Shown piece after piece: positions 29,875 to 40,373 of a DNA stretch of 64,000 nt (its first letter is position 1; every line of letters begins with the position of its first letter). The notes beneath the pieces were generated by a model. The model searched no databases. It worked only from the letters and a program-made list of their open reading frames with translations, and was not told where the DNA came from. Made by a program: the position numbers and the translations under genes. Source of the stretch: Candidatus Doudnabacteria bacterium (GTDB lineage: Bacteria > Patescibacteriota > Doudnabacteria > UBA920 > VMFF01); NCBI GenBank assembly GCA_963840645.1, contig CAWIZL010000004.1, forward strand, positions 16,574 to 80,573. The letters run 5' to 3'.

Positions 29875-31257
29875 ATGGCAACGAAGGGAAAAGGCGGCAA
29901 GAAGGCTCAGGTCGGCGCGGGCAAAACGTCCGCGAGTAAAGCGGCCGCCGCAACAAAAGTTGAGCCCGCGAAGGGCAAGCTGGGTGTGATGGTCGTTGGC
30001 CTGGGCGCCGTCGCCACCACCATGATCGCCGGCGTCGAAGCCATACGCCGCGGACTGGCCACGCCCGTCGGCTCGCTCACGCAAATGGGCACCATCCGGC
30101 TGGGCAGGCGCACCGATAACAAGTCGCCGCTCATTAAGGACTTTATTCCGCTCGCCAATTTGAAAGACATCGTCTTCACCGGTTGGGACATCTTCGAAGA
30201 CAACGTGTACGAGGCGGCCGCGCACGCAGCCGTGCTCAAGCCGGAGATGCTGAAGAAACTCAAGCCAGCTCTCCAGAAGATCAAGCCCATGCCCGCCGTC
30301 TTCGACCAGCATTACGTCAAGCGGCTTAGCGGCACGCACGTAAAGAAGGGCAAAAACAAGCGCGATCTCGCCGAGCAGTTGCGCGCTGACATTCGCGCCT
30401 TCAAGAAAAAAGTCGATCGCGTGGTGATGATCTGGTGCGGCTCAACCGAGATTTTTCTCGAGCCGAAGCCCGTGCATCGCTCCATCGCAGCCTTCGAGGC
30501 CGGACTGCTGAACAACGATCGCGCCATCGCCCCTTCGCAAATTTACGCTTACGCGGCGCTCACTGAAGGCGTGCCCTTCGCCAATGGCGCGCCGAATCTC
30601 ACCGTCGACCTTCCCGTCATGATCGAGCTGTCAAAGCAGAATGCCGCCCCCATCTGCGGCAAGGACTTCAAGACCGGCCAGACGTTCATGAAGACAGTGC
30701 TCGCGCCGGCCTTCAAAGCGCGCATGCTGGGAGTCAGCGGATGGTTCTCCACCAATATCCTCGGCAATCGCGACGGCGAAGTGCTCGACGAACCGCAATC
30801 CTTCAAAACCAAAGAGGAATCGAAGCTCGGGTCACTGGAGTATATTTTTCAGCCGGAGATTTATCCCGACCTCTACAAGGACATCTACCACAAGATTCGC
30901 ATCAACTACTATCCGCCGCGCGGCGACGAAAAAGAAGCGTGGGACAACATCGACATCTTTGGGTGGCTTGGATATCCCATGCAGTTGAAGGTGAATTTCC
31001 AGTGCCGCGATTCGATCCTCGCCGCACCCATCGCGCTTGATCTCGTGCTCTTCCTCGATCTCGCCAAGCGCACGCCCGAACTGCGCTCTATCGGCATTCA
31101 GGAGTGGCTCAGCTTCTACCTCAAATCGCCGCAGAGCGCGCCCGGCCTTTACCCTGAGCACGATCTCTTCATCCAGTCCATGAAGCTCAAGAACACGCTC
31201 CGTCACATCATGGGCGCAGGCTTGGTAACGCATCTGGGACTCGATTATTACGACTGA
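29875..31257 (+). CDS. ino1: inositol-3-phosphate (myo-inositol-1-phosphate) synthase
   Basis: 460-aa intact ORF with AGGAGA SD. GVMVVGLGAVATT, IWCGSTE, NGAPN, GKDFKTGQT, NILGNRDG, SILAAPIALDL. Confidence 0.9.
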   Translation: MATKGKGGKKAQVGAGKTSASKAAAATKVEPAKGKLGVMVVGLGAVATTMIAGVEAIRRGLATPVGSLTQMGTIRLGRRTDNKSPLIKDFIPLANLKDIVFTGWDIFEDNVYEAAAHAAVLKPEMLKKLKPALQKIKPMPAVFDQHYVKRLSGTHVKKGKNKRDLAEQLRADIRAFKKKVDRVVMIWCGSTEIFLEPKPVHRSIAAFEAGLLNNDRAIAPSQIYAYAALTEGVPFANGAPNLTVDLPVMIELSKQNAAPICGKDFKTGQTFMKTVLAPAFKARMLGVSGWFSTNILGNRDGEVLDEPQSFKTKEESKLGSLEYIFQPEIYPDLYKDIYHKIRINYYPPRGDEKEAWDNIDIFGWLGYPMQLKVNFQCRDSILAAPIALDLVLFLDLAKRTPELRSIGIQEWLSFYLKSPQSAPGLYPEHDLFIQSMKLKNTLRHIMGAGLVTHLGLDYYD

Positions 31258-31266
31258 ACAAAGACA

Positions 31267-31289
31267 GCAAGTCAGCGAGTTAGCGAGTC
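31267..31289. repeat. family E short motif (GCAAGTCAGCGAGTTAGCGAGTC)
   Basis: Directly downstream of the ino1 stop. Reverse-complement relative of 24935..24966. Confidence 0.55.
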
Positions 31290-31412
31290 CCACCCCAGCT
31301 GTAAGAACAAGGCGCGGCTAGGGTAGGATTTCCGACTCGTGTGCGGTAGGCGCGACTTAGTTCTCCACCGGCTCTGGTTGGCCGGCGATTTGCCCGCGGA
31401 TATACTGATGGG

Positions 31413-32168
31413 ATGAAAGCCTGGCGTCTTCTCCTTCTAATTTGCTGCCTCGGTTCGATTCGTTTGGCGCGCGCCGGTTGCTCGCAGCCGCAGCCCAGGT
31501 CGGTCTGCGCGGAGTATTCTGTCTCAAAACTCGTTGTAGAAGCCACCCTTCTTAAAATCGATAACGTGCTTTACAAGAATGATCCGGAGTCTGTTACTGG
31601 AAGCTACTACACACTGAGGGTCGATCGAGTTTTCCGGGGCACCCCTGGGCAGACAGTCAGGATCTACGATGGAAATGACAGCGGCCGCGCTTCCTTCGAT
31701 TGGAAGGTGGGGAGAAAGTACGTTCTCTTCCTTTTCGATTCGATAGAGAAAGCCAGCGAGAAAGTGCTTGAGTTAGACGGATGCGGTAACTCGGGTCCTG
31801 CTGCCCACGCGAATTCCCTCCTTCGCGAGATAGACCAGATGAACGATCAGCGGGGAACTGCGCATATAACAGGGATGGTAAGCGCCTTCAGCCTCGATGG
31901 TGCCATGCCGAACATTGAGATGATAGCTCGCGGCGGCGGAGCCAGCTACAAAGGCCGGACGAACCGGCAGGGGAAATTCACGATCGAGGTACCGCCCGGA
32001 GATTATGTAGTGATACCGGTAAATCGACAACTGTCGTTTGAAGTCTCTGACTTGAGTTATGAGGACCCGCTGCATTTGACGATGCAGCCCGGCAGCTGCG
32101 CACAAGTACAGTTCGTCGAAACCATAAGTGGCACAAGGGGTTCCTATCTATCCGGCAAGAGACGCTGA
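31413..32168 (+). CDS. secreted hypothetical protein: TIMP/NTR-like N-terminal module plus carboxypeptidase-regulatory-like beta-sandwich
   Basis: Signal MKAWRLLLLICCLGSIRLARAG followed by CSQPQPRSVCAEYSVSKLVVEATLL...YTLRVDRVFRG...KYVLFL...LDGCG. C-terminal YKGRTNRQGKFTIEVPPGDYVV. A+T-richer than its neighbours by eye. Confidence 0.6.
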   Translation: MKAWRLLLLICCLGSIRLARAGCSQPQPRSVCAEYSVSKLVVEATLLKIDNVLYKNDPESVTGSYYTLRVDRVFRGTPGQTVRIYDGNDSGRASFDWKVGRKYVLFLFDSIEKASEKVLELDGCGNSGPAAHANSLLREIDQMNDQRGTAHITGMVSAFSLDGAMPNIEMIARGGGASYKGRTNRQGKFTIEVPPGDYVVIPVNRQLSFEVSDLSYEDPLHLTMQPGSCAQVQFVETISGTRGSYLSGKRR

Positions 32169-32220
32169 TAGTGCGGGACACGAGTGTACGCGACGTACGA
32201 TAGCGTAAGCTGAATTGAAG

Positions 32221-33070
32221 ATGAAAGATTCAGCCGTTTTATTGATCGATTGCCCCGATCGCAAGGGCCTGGTGGCGCGCGTGTCGGGCCTGCTCTATGA
32301 GCGCGGCGCCAACATTCTGCATGCCGACCAGCACATCGACCACGAGCTCGGCCTGTTCTTCATGCGCGTCGAGTTTGAACTCGACGGCTTCGATCTCGAG
32401 GGCTTTCGCGCCGTCTTTGCCCACTCGCTGCCGAGCTTAACATGACACTGGAAGCTCACTTCAAGCGCGCGCCCGCCGCGCGTTGCGCTCTTCTGCTCGC
32501 AATATCTGCACTGCATGGCCGATCTGCTGCACCGCTGGCGCGCCGGCGAACTGGTCTGCGAGATTCCCCTGATCATTTCGAATCATCGCGAAGTGGACGA
32601 GCCTGGCGGCTTTTTACGGCGTGCCGTTCGAGCATGTGCCGGTGACCGCAGAGACGCGCGCCGGAGCCGAAGCTCGGCAACTCGAACTGCTCGCGCAGAA
32701 CAAAATCGAGCTGGTCGTTCTCGCGCGCTACATGCAAATTCTTTCGCCGCAATTCGTGTCGCGCTATCCTGCGGCCATCATCAACGTGCACCACTCGTTT
32801 CTGCCGGCGTTCACCGGCGCGCGGCCCTATCACGCGGCGCACGCGCGCGGCGTCAAGCTGATCGGCGCCACCAGCCACTACGTCACCGAGGTGCTCGACG
32901 ACGGCCCCATCATCGAGCAGGACGTGGCCCGCATCTCGCACCGCGACCAGGTCGAGGACCTCGTCGCTCGCGGCCGCGACCTGGAGCGCATGGTGCTTTC
33001 GCGGGCCGTCCGCTGGCACCTGGATCGCCGAATTCTCTGCTACGGCAACAAGACAGTCGTCTTCGATTAG
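32221..33070 (+). pseudogene. purU: formyltetrahydrofolate deformylase, about 4 frame changes as sequenced
   Basis: ACT domain [38 protein letters not shown], then [82 protein letters not shown]. Confidence 0.9.
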
Positions 33071-33280
33071 GGCGAGAACGCCGCTCGACCCGGTCTTGTA
33101 GGCAGAGCTTCTTCACGCAGCGGGCAGAACGGCTCGATTAGAGCCCCTAAATCAATCAACCGTTCGCCGTCTACCTGAGGCGCCTTTTGAATCGGCGAAT
33201 TATCGGCCTCAGCGGGGAGACTGGTCGCAAACAGTTAAAGAAGCATAATGTAACGAATTTATCAACCACATCAAATCCCC

Positions 33281-33325
33281 TTGCCAAAACCCGCTTCTGA
33301 GTTAATTTACTAACCAGTTAGTTAA
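33281..33325 (+). promoter_or_regulatory. candidate sigma70-type promoter (TTGCCA-N16-TAATTT) overlapped by a TetR-operator-like palindrome
   Basis: TTGCCA 33281..33286; TAATTT 33303..33308. Inverted repeat ACTAAC-ca-GTTAGT at 33309..33322 (9-bp arms with one mismatch over 33306..33325), immediately upstream of the TetR ATG 33338. Confidence 0.5.
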
Positions 33326-33337
33326 TTCGCCAAACAC

Positions 33338-34076
33338 ATGACACCGCCACACCACAACCGAAGCCCAGGCCGAGCGATCGGCCGAAACCCGAGGCCGGAT
33401 TCTCGATGCCGCTCTGAGCGAGTTTGCCGCCAACGGCCTGGCCGGAGCCCGCACCGAGCAGATCGCCACGACGGCCGGCGTCAACAAGGCGCTGATCTAC
33501 TACTACTTCGAAAGCAAGGAGAAGCTGTATTCCGCGGCGCTGGAGATGGTGTCGGGCCGGGTTCGCGATCGCTCGATGGCGGTTTTTCTTCGCGATGCCA
33601 GTCCCGGCGAGCGTTTGTTGCGCGCGGCGCTCGATCATTTTGATCGTATTTTGACGCAGCGCGAATTCCAGAGCCTGATGCAGCAGGAAATGATGCGGCT
33701 GCACAAGGGCGAGGAGGGCGAGCTGCCCATCCTGGTCAAGCGCGTCTTCGCGCCGCTGCACGCGATGTTTCAATCGCTGGTGCGCGAGGGAATTTCATCG
33801 GGCGAGTTGATCAAGTCGGATTGGTTCCAGATGGTGTTGTCCGCGCTCGGAGGGAACGTCTTCTATTTCCTGAGCGCGCCGGTTTGGAAAGAGATTTTGG
33901 CGTTTGAGCCCTTCGACGAAGAAGCGTTACGGGCGCGCAGGGTTGCGATGGTGGAGTTTCTCGGCCAGGCAATTTTCCAGGATAGACAGCAGGGCGCGAA
34001 GCTCGCAGAACGCGTGTTAGCAGATTCGCCGATGCCGGACTGCGCCAATTTCAAGGGGCCAATTTCAAAGGTTTGA
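33338..34076 (+). pseudogene. TetR/AcrR family transcriptional regulator, one N-terminal frame change as sequenced
   Basis: ATG 33338 (MTPPH..) shifts near 33350 into the frame of ORF 33546. HTH: RGRILDAALSEFAANGLAGARTEQIATTAGVNKALIYYYFESKEKLY. Confidence 0.85.
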
Positions 34077-34088
34077 GGTGAAAGACAA

Positions 34089-35162
34089 GTGAACGCGCGA
34101 AATCGAGTTTTCATCATATTGGGCGTGCTGACCGTCGGATCGCTGATCTGGTATCTGCTCACCACGCGGCGCAGCAGCGATCTGCAACTGATCGGCACCG
34201 TCGACGCCAACGAAGTCATCGTGAGCTCCAAAATTCCCGGCCGCATCCAGACACTGACCGTCGAAGAGGGCCAGGATGTAAAGGCGGGCGAGCTGATCGC
34301 CACCATTGAGAGCGACGATCTGGCTGAGGCGCACAAAGGCCGCCGAAGCCACTGCGGAAAGCGATGCCCAGAAGTTGCGCGAGGCACAGGAGACGGAGCG
34401 TCAGAACCAGGGCGAGACCTCCAGCGCAACGCTGGCTGCAGAGGCGCAGGTAAAGGCCGCGCAGGCCACAGTTGGCGCAGGCGCAGGCTAATCTCGCGCA
34501 CCAGCAGGCCGACACCAGCCGCACGGTTGCTCTGGCGCAGCAGGGAATTGACGAGCACGCAGGCAACGAGACGAAGCGGTCACCAGCCTGCAGGCTGCCG
34601 AGGCCGCGGTGAATACGGCGCAAGGGACAATCTGGACGCGGCGCAGGCATCGCTGCGCCAGGCGCGCGCGCATGAATTGCTGACGCAAGTGAACGCGAGC
34701 AACGTCGACGAGACCCGCGACGCCGAGGCCAATGCAAAATTCCTGGCGGACGAAGCGAAAGTGGAAGCAGGGCTATTCGCAGGTCGATCTCGCCCATCGA
34801 CGGAAAAGTGGACGTGTGGGCGGCGCGGCAGGGTGAAGTGGTCACGATGGGCGAGCCGATCGTCACCATCATGGACCTTTCGCAAACCTGGGTCTACGCG
34901 CCGCTGCCGGAGACGCAGGCCGACAGCGTGCAGCTTGGCGACTCGCTGCGCGTCGTGATGCCCAGTGGCGACACTATCTACGGCAAGGTCATTGCCAAAG
35001 TCGGCCGAGGGCGACTTTGCCACGCAGCGCGACGTGAACAGCATGAAGCGCGACATCAAAACCATTCAGCTGAAACTGCTCATCCCCAATCCCGGCGAGA
35101 AGTTTGTTCCCGGAATGACCGCCGAGGTCTACATTCCCAAAGCGAAGCTGGTGAAGCAGTGA
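34089..35162 (+). pseudogene. HlyD-family membrane fusion protein (YbhG-like), multiply frame-disrupted as sequenced
   Basis: N-terminal TM RVFIILGVLTVGSLIWYLL, lipoyl-like GRIQTLTVEEGQDVKAGELIATIE, coiled coil, C-terminal beta-barrel ..VYAPLPETQADSVQLGD..VPGMTAEVYI. At least 4 frame changes. Confidence 0.85.
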
Positions 35163-36203
35163 GCTCTGCCATCAATCAAAGCCCGGCCAACGGCAACGGC
35201 GCCACGCGGCCAATCGCCATCGCGGTCGAGAATATCGTCAAGCGCTATGGCGATTTTGAAGCCGTCAAGGGCGTCAACTTCAGCGTCTCTGAGGGCGAGA
35301 TCTTCGGCTTGCTCGGCCCGAACGGCGCCGGCAAGAGCACGCTGATCCGCATGATGACCACGCTCATTCCCGTCACTTCAGGCAAAGCCATCGTCGCCGG
35401 GCACAACGTGGTCGAAGATCCTGACGATGTGCGCCGCGTGATCGGCGTCATTCCGCAGGCGCTCACCAGCGACCAGGACCTCACCCTCGAAGAAAATCTG
35501 CTCGATCTATGCCAAGCTCTACGGCGTTCCGCGCGCCCAGCGCGAGAAAAATATCGAGGAAGTGCTTGAGGCCGTTGACCTCGTAAAGTGGCGCGACGCG
35601 CAAACCAAAACCCTTTCCGGCGGCATGCGGCGGCGGCTCGAGATCGCGCGCGGCCTGGTGCACAATCCCAAAATCTTTTTTCTCGACGAGCCGACCACCG
35701 GACTCGATCCGGTTTCGCGCATCGCGGTGTGGGAGATGCTGAACAAGCTAAAAACCACGCGCAACCTCACCATGCTGCTCACCACGCACTACATGGAAGA
35801 AGCCGACAAGCTGTGCGACCGCATCGCGATTGTCGACCACGGCAATCTGGTGGCGCTCGGCACGCCGGTCGAGCTCAAGAACAGCGTGGCCGGCGCGAAT
35901 GTTGTCGAAGTGCGCTTTGACCGCGACGCCGAAGCCTGGGAAGAGCGGCTGAAGAAACTCGAAGGCGTAACCAGCGTGCAACCGGAAAGTGCGGGGTTCT
36001 ACCGCGTGCTCACTACGTCGGGATCGAAGACCACCATGCAGATTGTGGAGCTGGCGCAGAGCCTGGGCGAGACGCTCACTTCGCTCAGCGTGCAAAACAC
36101 AACGCTCGACGACGTATTTATCCACTACACGGGCCGGCAATTGCGCGACGAGACGGTCAAGCCGGTATTCATGATGCCGCCGCGCCCCGGAGCGCAGCCA
36201 TGA
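35159..36203 (+). pseudogene. ABC transporter ATP-binding protein (ABC-2/YbhF-like), one frame change as sequenced
   Basis: Walker A GPNGAGKST, signature LSGGMRRRL, Walker B IFFLDEPTTGLD, H-loop LTTHYMEEA. GTG 35159 overlaps the HlyD stop. Shift near 35505. Confidence 0.9.
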
Positions 36204-37314
36204 ACAGAATGTTCGCCATTATCGAGCGCGAAATGCGCAAGTTCTTCCGCTCGCCCACGCTGATGATCATGTCGCTGATGATGCCCATCCTGCAGTTGAT
36301 CATCATCGGCAACGCATTCGGCGGCAAAATCGTCGGCACGCACGTCGCCGTCGTCGATCACGATCACGGACCGCAGGCGGTCAAAGTGCGCGAGGCCTTC
36401 GATGCCGTCGCCGCCAATATCAAGACCTTCACCACCATCGATTACCCCAATGAAGTCGCGGCGCGCGAAGACGTGCGCACCGGCAAAATCGACGCCGCGG
36501 TAATTATCCCCGAGCATTATTCGCGCCGCGTCTACGCGCAGGACGCGCCCCAGCTCGGCTTTAGTCGTCGACAACTCCGACCTGTTCACTTCGGCGACTC
36601 TCGAAGGCGAGATGCAGTCGCTGGTGGACGCCATGAATGCGCCGCAAATTCAGGATCGCCTGACGAAAACCATCGCGCTCGAAGTCGTCGAGCTTTACCC
36701 GTACGTGAATTATCTGAAGTATCTTCTGCCGATGACGATCGCGCTGGCCATGTACATCTCGGTGATGATCGGCGGCGGCATGCTCTACATCGACGACAAG
36801 GCGCGCGGCGTGCACGAGGGCTACCTGGTCACGCCGATTACGAAACTTGAGCTGGTCTTCGGGCTGAACATCGCCGGCGCAATCAAGGCCACGCTGGCCG
36901 GAATATCGATCGGCGTCATCGGGTCGCTCATCGCCGGCCTCGGCATTATCTTTCATCCCATGATCGATGCTGCAGATGTTGAGCCTCATCATCGCCGGCT
37001 CCATCGCCTTCAACGGCATGATGTTTCTGCTCATGGTGCGCGTCGACGATCCGCTCGTGCCGCGCGCCATGTTCGGCGTGCTCAATGTGCTCCTGTTATA
37101 TCCCTCGGGCGCAATGTATCCCACAGCGTCGTTCCCCAGGTGGATGCAGGCGATGTCCGTGATCGATCCCTTCACCTACGCGATTCACGGCTTCAAGGCC
37201 GTCCTACTCAAAAACGGCGGCTGGATCGCCATCAGAGGCGACCTCGCGTTCCTCACCATCTTCGGAATCGCCACGCTGCTGATTGCGACGCCGCTGTTCA
37301 AGCGCACTTTGTAG
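36200..37314 (+). pseudogene. ABC-2 type transporter permease, two frame changes as sequenced
   Basis: MNRMFAIIEREMRKFFRSPTLMIMSLMMPILQLII.. and C-terminal ..AFNGMMFLLMV..LLLYPSGAMYP..FPRWMQAMSVIDPFTY. ATGA overlap with the ATPase stop. Stop codon TAG 37312..37314 lies inside a family B repeat. Confidence 0.85.
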
Positions 37315-37524
37315 CGCCGGTCTCCCGGCCGCGACCAAGTGCCGCCAACGCTGAGTCGAGGCCGCAGCTTTTGTAGCGCCGGCCTCCCGGCCGGCTATAC
37401 TGAGGCCTCCTGGCCCTCAGAGAACTTGCCATGCCGCGAAACTCCGGTTTTGAAAGGGCACGACTTCACTCGTGCCGTAAACGCCGCAGATAGAGCAAGG
37501 GCTTTAGCCGCTGAGGGATGCTTC
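37308..37524. repeat. cluster of family B (x2) and family C hairpin repeats
   Basis: tttgtagcgccggtctcccggcc (37308..37336); ttttgtagcgccggcctcccggccggc..ctgaggcctcctggccctcagag (37368..37424); ttttgaaagggcacgac..ctcgtgcc..gggctttagccgctgagggatg (37447..37524). Confidence 0.85.
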
Positions 37525-37555
37525 TCTGACCTGTGTGCCCTCCTCACACGCTTTT

Positions 37556-38120
37556 CTAATTCGTCTTGGGAATCGGACCCGCGGCGCCCGTGACGCGCTC
37601 CTTCCACAGCTTCTCCCAATTCCACAATTCCGATGTCACATTGTTCGGCAGTCGAAATCCAAGTTGATGCGCAAGCATGCACACCTGCCCGCGATGGTGA
37701 GCTTCGTGAGAAATCATGTAGCACAACATTTCCGGACCGACCGGCCATGGCCGAGCCCAGCCGTCGCGCAGAAACTCTTGCACGCGGCCTTCTCGCTCGG
37801 TGAGCGCCTCAACGAGCATCTCCGTGCAGCGAGCGGCGCTCTGGGCCAACTCCCTACTTACTTGGGTTGGCGTGCAATGCGCGCGATTGAGTTGCCGCGG
37901 AACTTTCAGGCGGAGCTGAGAGTCTGATCCATTTGCAGCGGACATTGTGCATGTGCGCAAAGATAGCCGCAACCGACCGCACCTTACCCGGTGGATGCGC
38001 TTTCCAGACGGCGGGATCAATATGCTCGATGAGCATCTGGTTCAAACGTTCGTTCAGAGCAAAAATCCGCACTGCGGCGTGGCCGAATTGCGTGTCAGCA
38101 TTCTGTTGACGCTTGGCCAC
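37556..38120 (-). pseudogene. DinB-superfamily (DinB_2-like) protein, one frame change as sequenced
   Basis: GTG 38120 MAKRQQNADTQFGHAAVRIFALNERLNQMLIEHI.., IFAHMHNVR, C-terminal ..ISHEAHHRGQVCMLAHQLG (His triad of the DinB fold). Confidence 0.75.
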
Positions 38121-38133
38121 AGTTTCGTGCTCC

Positions 38134-38814
38134 TCACTGAGCTGGCGGCAACCACTGCTTCAACTTCTCGGATGTCTTCTGGAACGCGTCCGTGTCGGCT
38201 TCGGCGTTATAGTGCGCGCCGTCCCGCACAAAATCGTGGTCGGCCTTGTCGTAGGTATACAGCTCGAACGGCTTGCCGTCCGCCTTGGCAGCGGCTGCGA
38301 GGCCGCGTGCGCCGTCCGCCGTGCAACAACTATTGCGGAAGTGATCTTTCTCTCCGGCAAACATGAGTACCGGCACCTGCAGCCGATCGGCAAAACCGGG
38401 CACGTTCTTGATGAATGCATTGGCTGGAAACCACACGACAATTCCCGCCACAAGGTCCGGCCATTGCGAGGCGTAGTACATCGCTTCGCCTCCCCCGGCG
38501 GAGAAGCCCAAGACGACCACCTTGCCAGGAAGCGCGTGCGGCATCTGTTGCGCCTGCAGAATGGCGGCATGCACCGCCTGACCCTGCGTGTGCTCCATGG
38601 CCTCGCCGTCAAAGAGGACTACATCGTAGCCGAGTGCGGAAAAATCGCGCGACACGCGCACGTAATGCGACATGCCGGAGAGGCCGCTGGCCACCACCAC
38701 TACCGGGCCTTTACCTTGCGGCGGCGCAAACTCCTGCTGTGCAAAAACCACGGTGGATGCAGCCACCAGAGCTGCGACGGCGAGCGCGGGGAAGAATGGG
38801 CGGAACGGGATCAT
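38134..38814 (-). CDS. secreted dienelactone hydrolase-family alpha/beta hydrolase
   Basis: Start at M37 of ORF 38134..38922 (MIPFRPFFPALAVAALVAAS signal). Nucleophile elbow VVVLGFSAGGG, and late D...H (ADHDF). Confidence 0.75.
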   Translation of the reverse strand: MIPFRPFFPALAVAALVAASTVVFAQQEFAPPQGKGPVVVVASGLSGMSHYVRVSRDFSALGYDVVLFDGEAMEHTQGQAVHAAILQAQQMPHALPGKVVVLGFSAGGGEAMYYASQWPDLVAGIVVWFPANAFIKNVPGFADRLQVPVLMFAGEKDHFRNSCCTADGARGLAAAAKADGKPFELYTYDKADHDFVRDGAHYNAEADTDAFQKTSEKLKQWLPPAQ

Positions 38815-38991
38815 CGAATCGACCTCCAGTGCAAGCAGGATATGCCACGCCGCTCCGTAGTTGACAAGAAGTTTTTTGTGAAATCTCCAGGCCTCTGGGT
38901 GCCAGGGCTCTGGTTGCCCCATCCTAAAGGCGCATTTTGCCTTTAGGGTGGGATAGCAGCATTTTCACTTCCACGGCAACTTGATCTACGC

Positions 38992-40158
38992 CTAGTTAGA
39001 TTTTTCCCTGCCTCGTCCCGCGAGCACTTGCTCGTAATAGCGCACATATCGCGGAACCACGAGGTTCGCGCAGAAGCGCTTCTTCGCAGTCTGGCGCGCG
39101 GCTTCGCGCATCGCTTCGAGTCGCGGCGGATCATTCAGCAGGCTCAGCGCGCCCGCAGCCATACCCTCCACATCGCCGACGGGGTAGAGCAGTCCGGTCA
39201 CGCCGTCGTCGATGAGTTCCGGAACGCCGCCGACGAGCGTGGCAATGGTGGGAACCTTGCAGGCCATGGCTTCAAGCGCCGCCAGGCCAAACGACTCCAG
39301 CTCGCTCGGCATCAGCAACAGGTCGGCCAGCGCAAGCAGTTCGCTCACGCGCTCCTGCTTGCCCAGGAAATGCACGCGGCTTTGAATGCCCAGGTCGTGC
39401 GCGAGCCATTCGGCGGAGGAGCGGTCTGGCCCGTCGCCCATCAGCACAAGTTGCGCCGGGCGCTCCTTCGCCACGCGCGCAAACATCTTCACCACATCGC
39501 ATACGCGCTTCACGGGACGGAAGTTCGAAAGATGCATCAGGATCGGCTCGTCGGGCGCCGCGAAGCGATGGCGCGCGCACTCCTTTTCCTTCTGCGCCTC
39601 GTCCTCGATCGGCTTGTACACATCGCAATTCACAAAATTCGTGATGGTCTCAATCGGCCGCGTAATGTCGAAGTCTTCGATAGTCTTTTCGCGCAGGTAA
39701 TTGGAGATGCTGGTCACTCCATCGCTTTCCTGGATGGCGTAGCGCGTGATGGGCAGATAGCTGCGGTCGAGTCCGACCAGCGTAATGTCGGTGCCGTGCA
39801 GCGTGGTCACGAAGGGCAGATGGCGGCCGCGCGTCGCCAGCATCTGGCGCGCCAGCAGCGCCGAAACCGAGTGCGGAATCGCATAGTGCACATGCAGCAG
39901 ATCGAGCCCGTAATACTCGGCCACCTCGGCCATGCGCGAGGCCAGCGCCAGATCGTACGGCGGAAACTCGAAAAGCGGATAGTTGGAGACGGGAACCTCG
40001 TGATAGAAGATCCCCTCGTCGCGCCCGTTCAGGCGGAATGGCTGCGAATACGAGATGAAGTGGATTTCGTGGCCGAGAGCGGCAAGCTCAATGCCCAGCT
40101 CCGTCGCGACAACGCCGGAGCCGCCGTAGGTCGGATAACACGTAATCCCGATGCGCAT
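38992..40158 (-). CDS. bshA: GT4 glycosyltransferase of the BshA type (N-acetyl-alpha-D-glucosaminyl L-malate synthase-like)
   Basis: 388-aa intact ORF. MRIGITCYPTYGGSGVVATELG..., PPYDLALASRMAEV, LHVHYAIPH, TTLHGTDIT, and C-terminal E..GLAALEAMAC..P closely follow the BshA pattern known from Bacillus. Confidence 0.8.
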   Translation of the reverse strand: MRIGITCYPTYGGSGVVATELGIELAALGHEIHFISYSQPFRLNGRDEGIFYHEVPVSNYPLFEFPPYDLALASRMAEVAEYYGLDLLHVHYAIPHSVSALLARQMLATRGRHLPFVTTLHGTDITLVGLDRSYLPITRYAIQESDGVTSISNYLREKTIEDFDITRPIETITNFVNCDVYKPIEDEAQKEKECARHRFAAPDEPILMHLSNFRPVKRVCDVVKMFARVAKERPAQLVLMGDGPDRSSAEWLAHDLGIQSRVHFLGKQERVSELLALADLLLMPSELESFGLAALEAMACKVPTIATLVGGVPELIDDGVTGLLYPVGDVEGMAAGALSLLNDPPRLEAMREAARQTAKKRFCANLVVPRYVRYYEQVLAGRGREKSN

Positions 40159-40242
40159 GGTGCCTCTTGATGTTCTATCTTCTGTTAATTTGCTGGGCAG
40201 GAATTCTAGTTTGCTAAATCAGAATTCCGCATCACAATGGAT

Positions 40243-40305
40243 TTGTCATCCTGAGCAGAGTCCCGGCGTGCCGGGAAGGAGCCGAAGGATCAGCGGTTGC
40301 TTTTC
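40243..40305. repeat. family A hairpin repeat
   Basis: ttgtcatcctgagcagag-[tcccggc gt gccggga]-aggagccgaaggatcagcggttgcttttc. Confidence 0.8.
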
Positions 40306-40373
40306 CACGGGCGTCAAGCTCACCACCCTAGGTTATGGACGCGCGCGGGTTAGCGCAAGATGCAAGGAAACAG

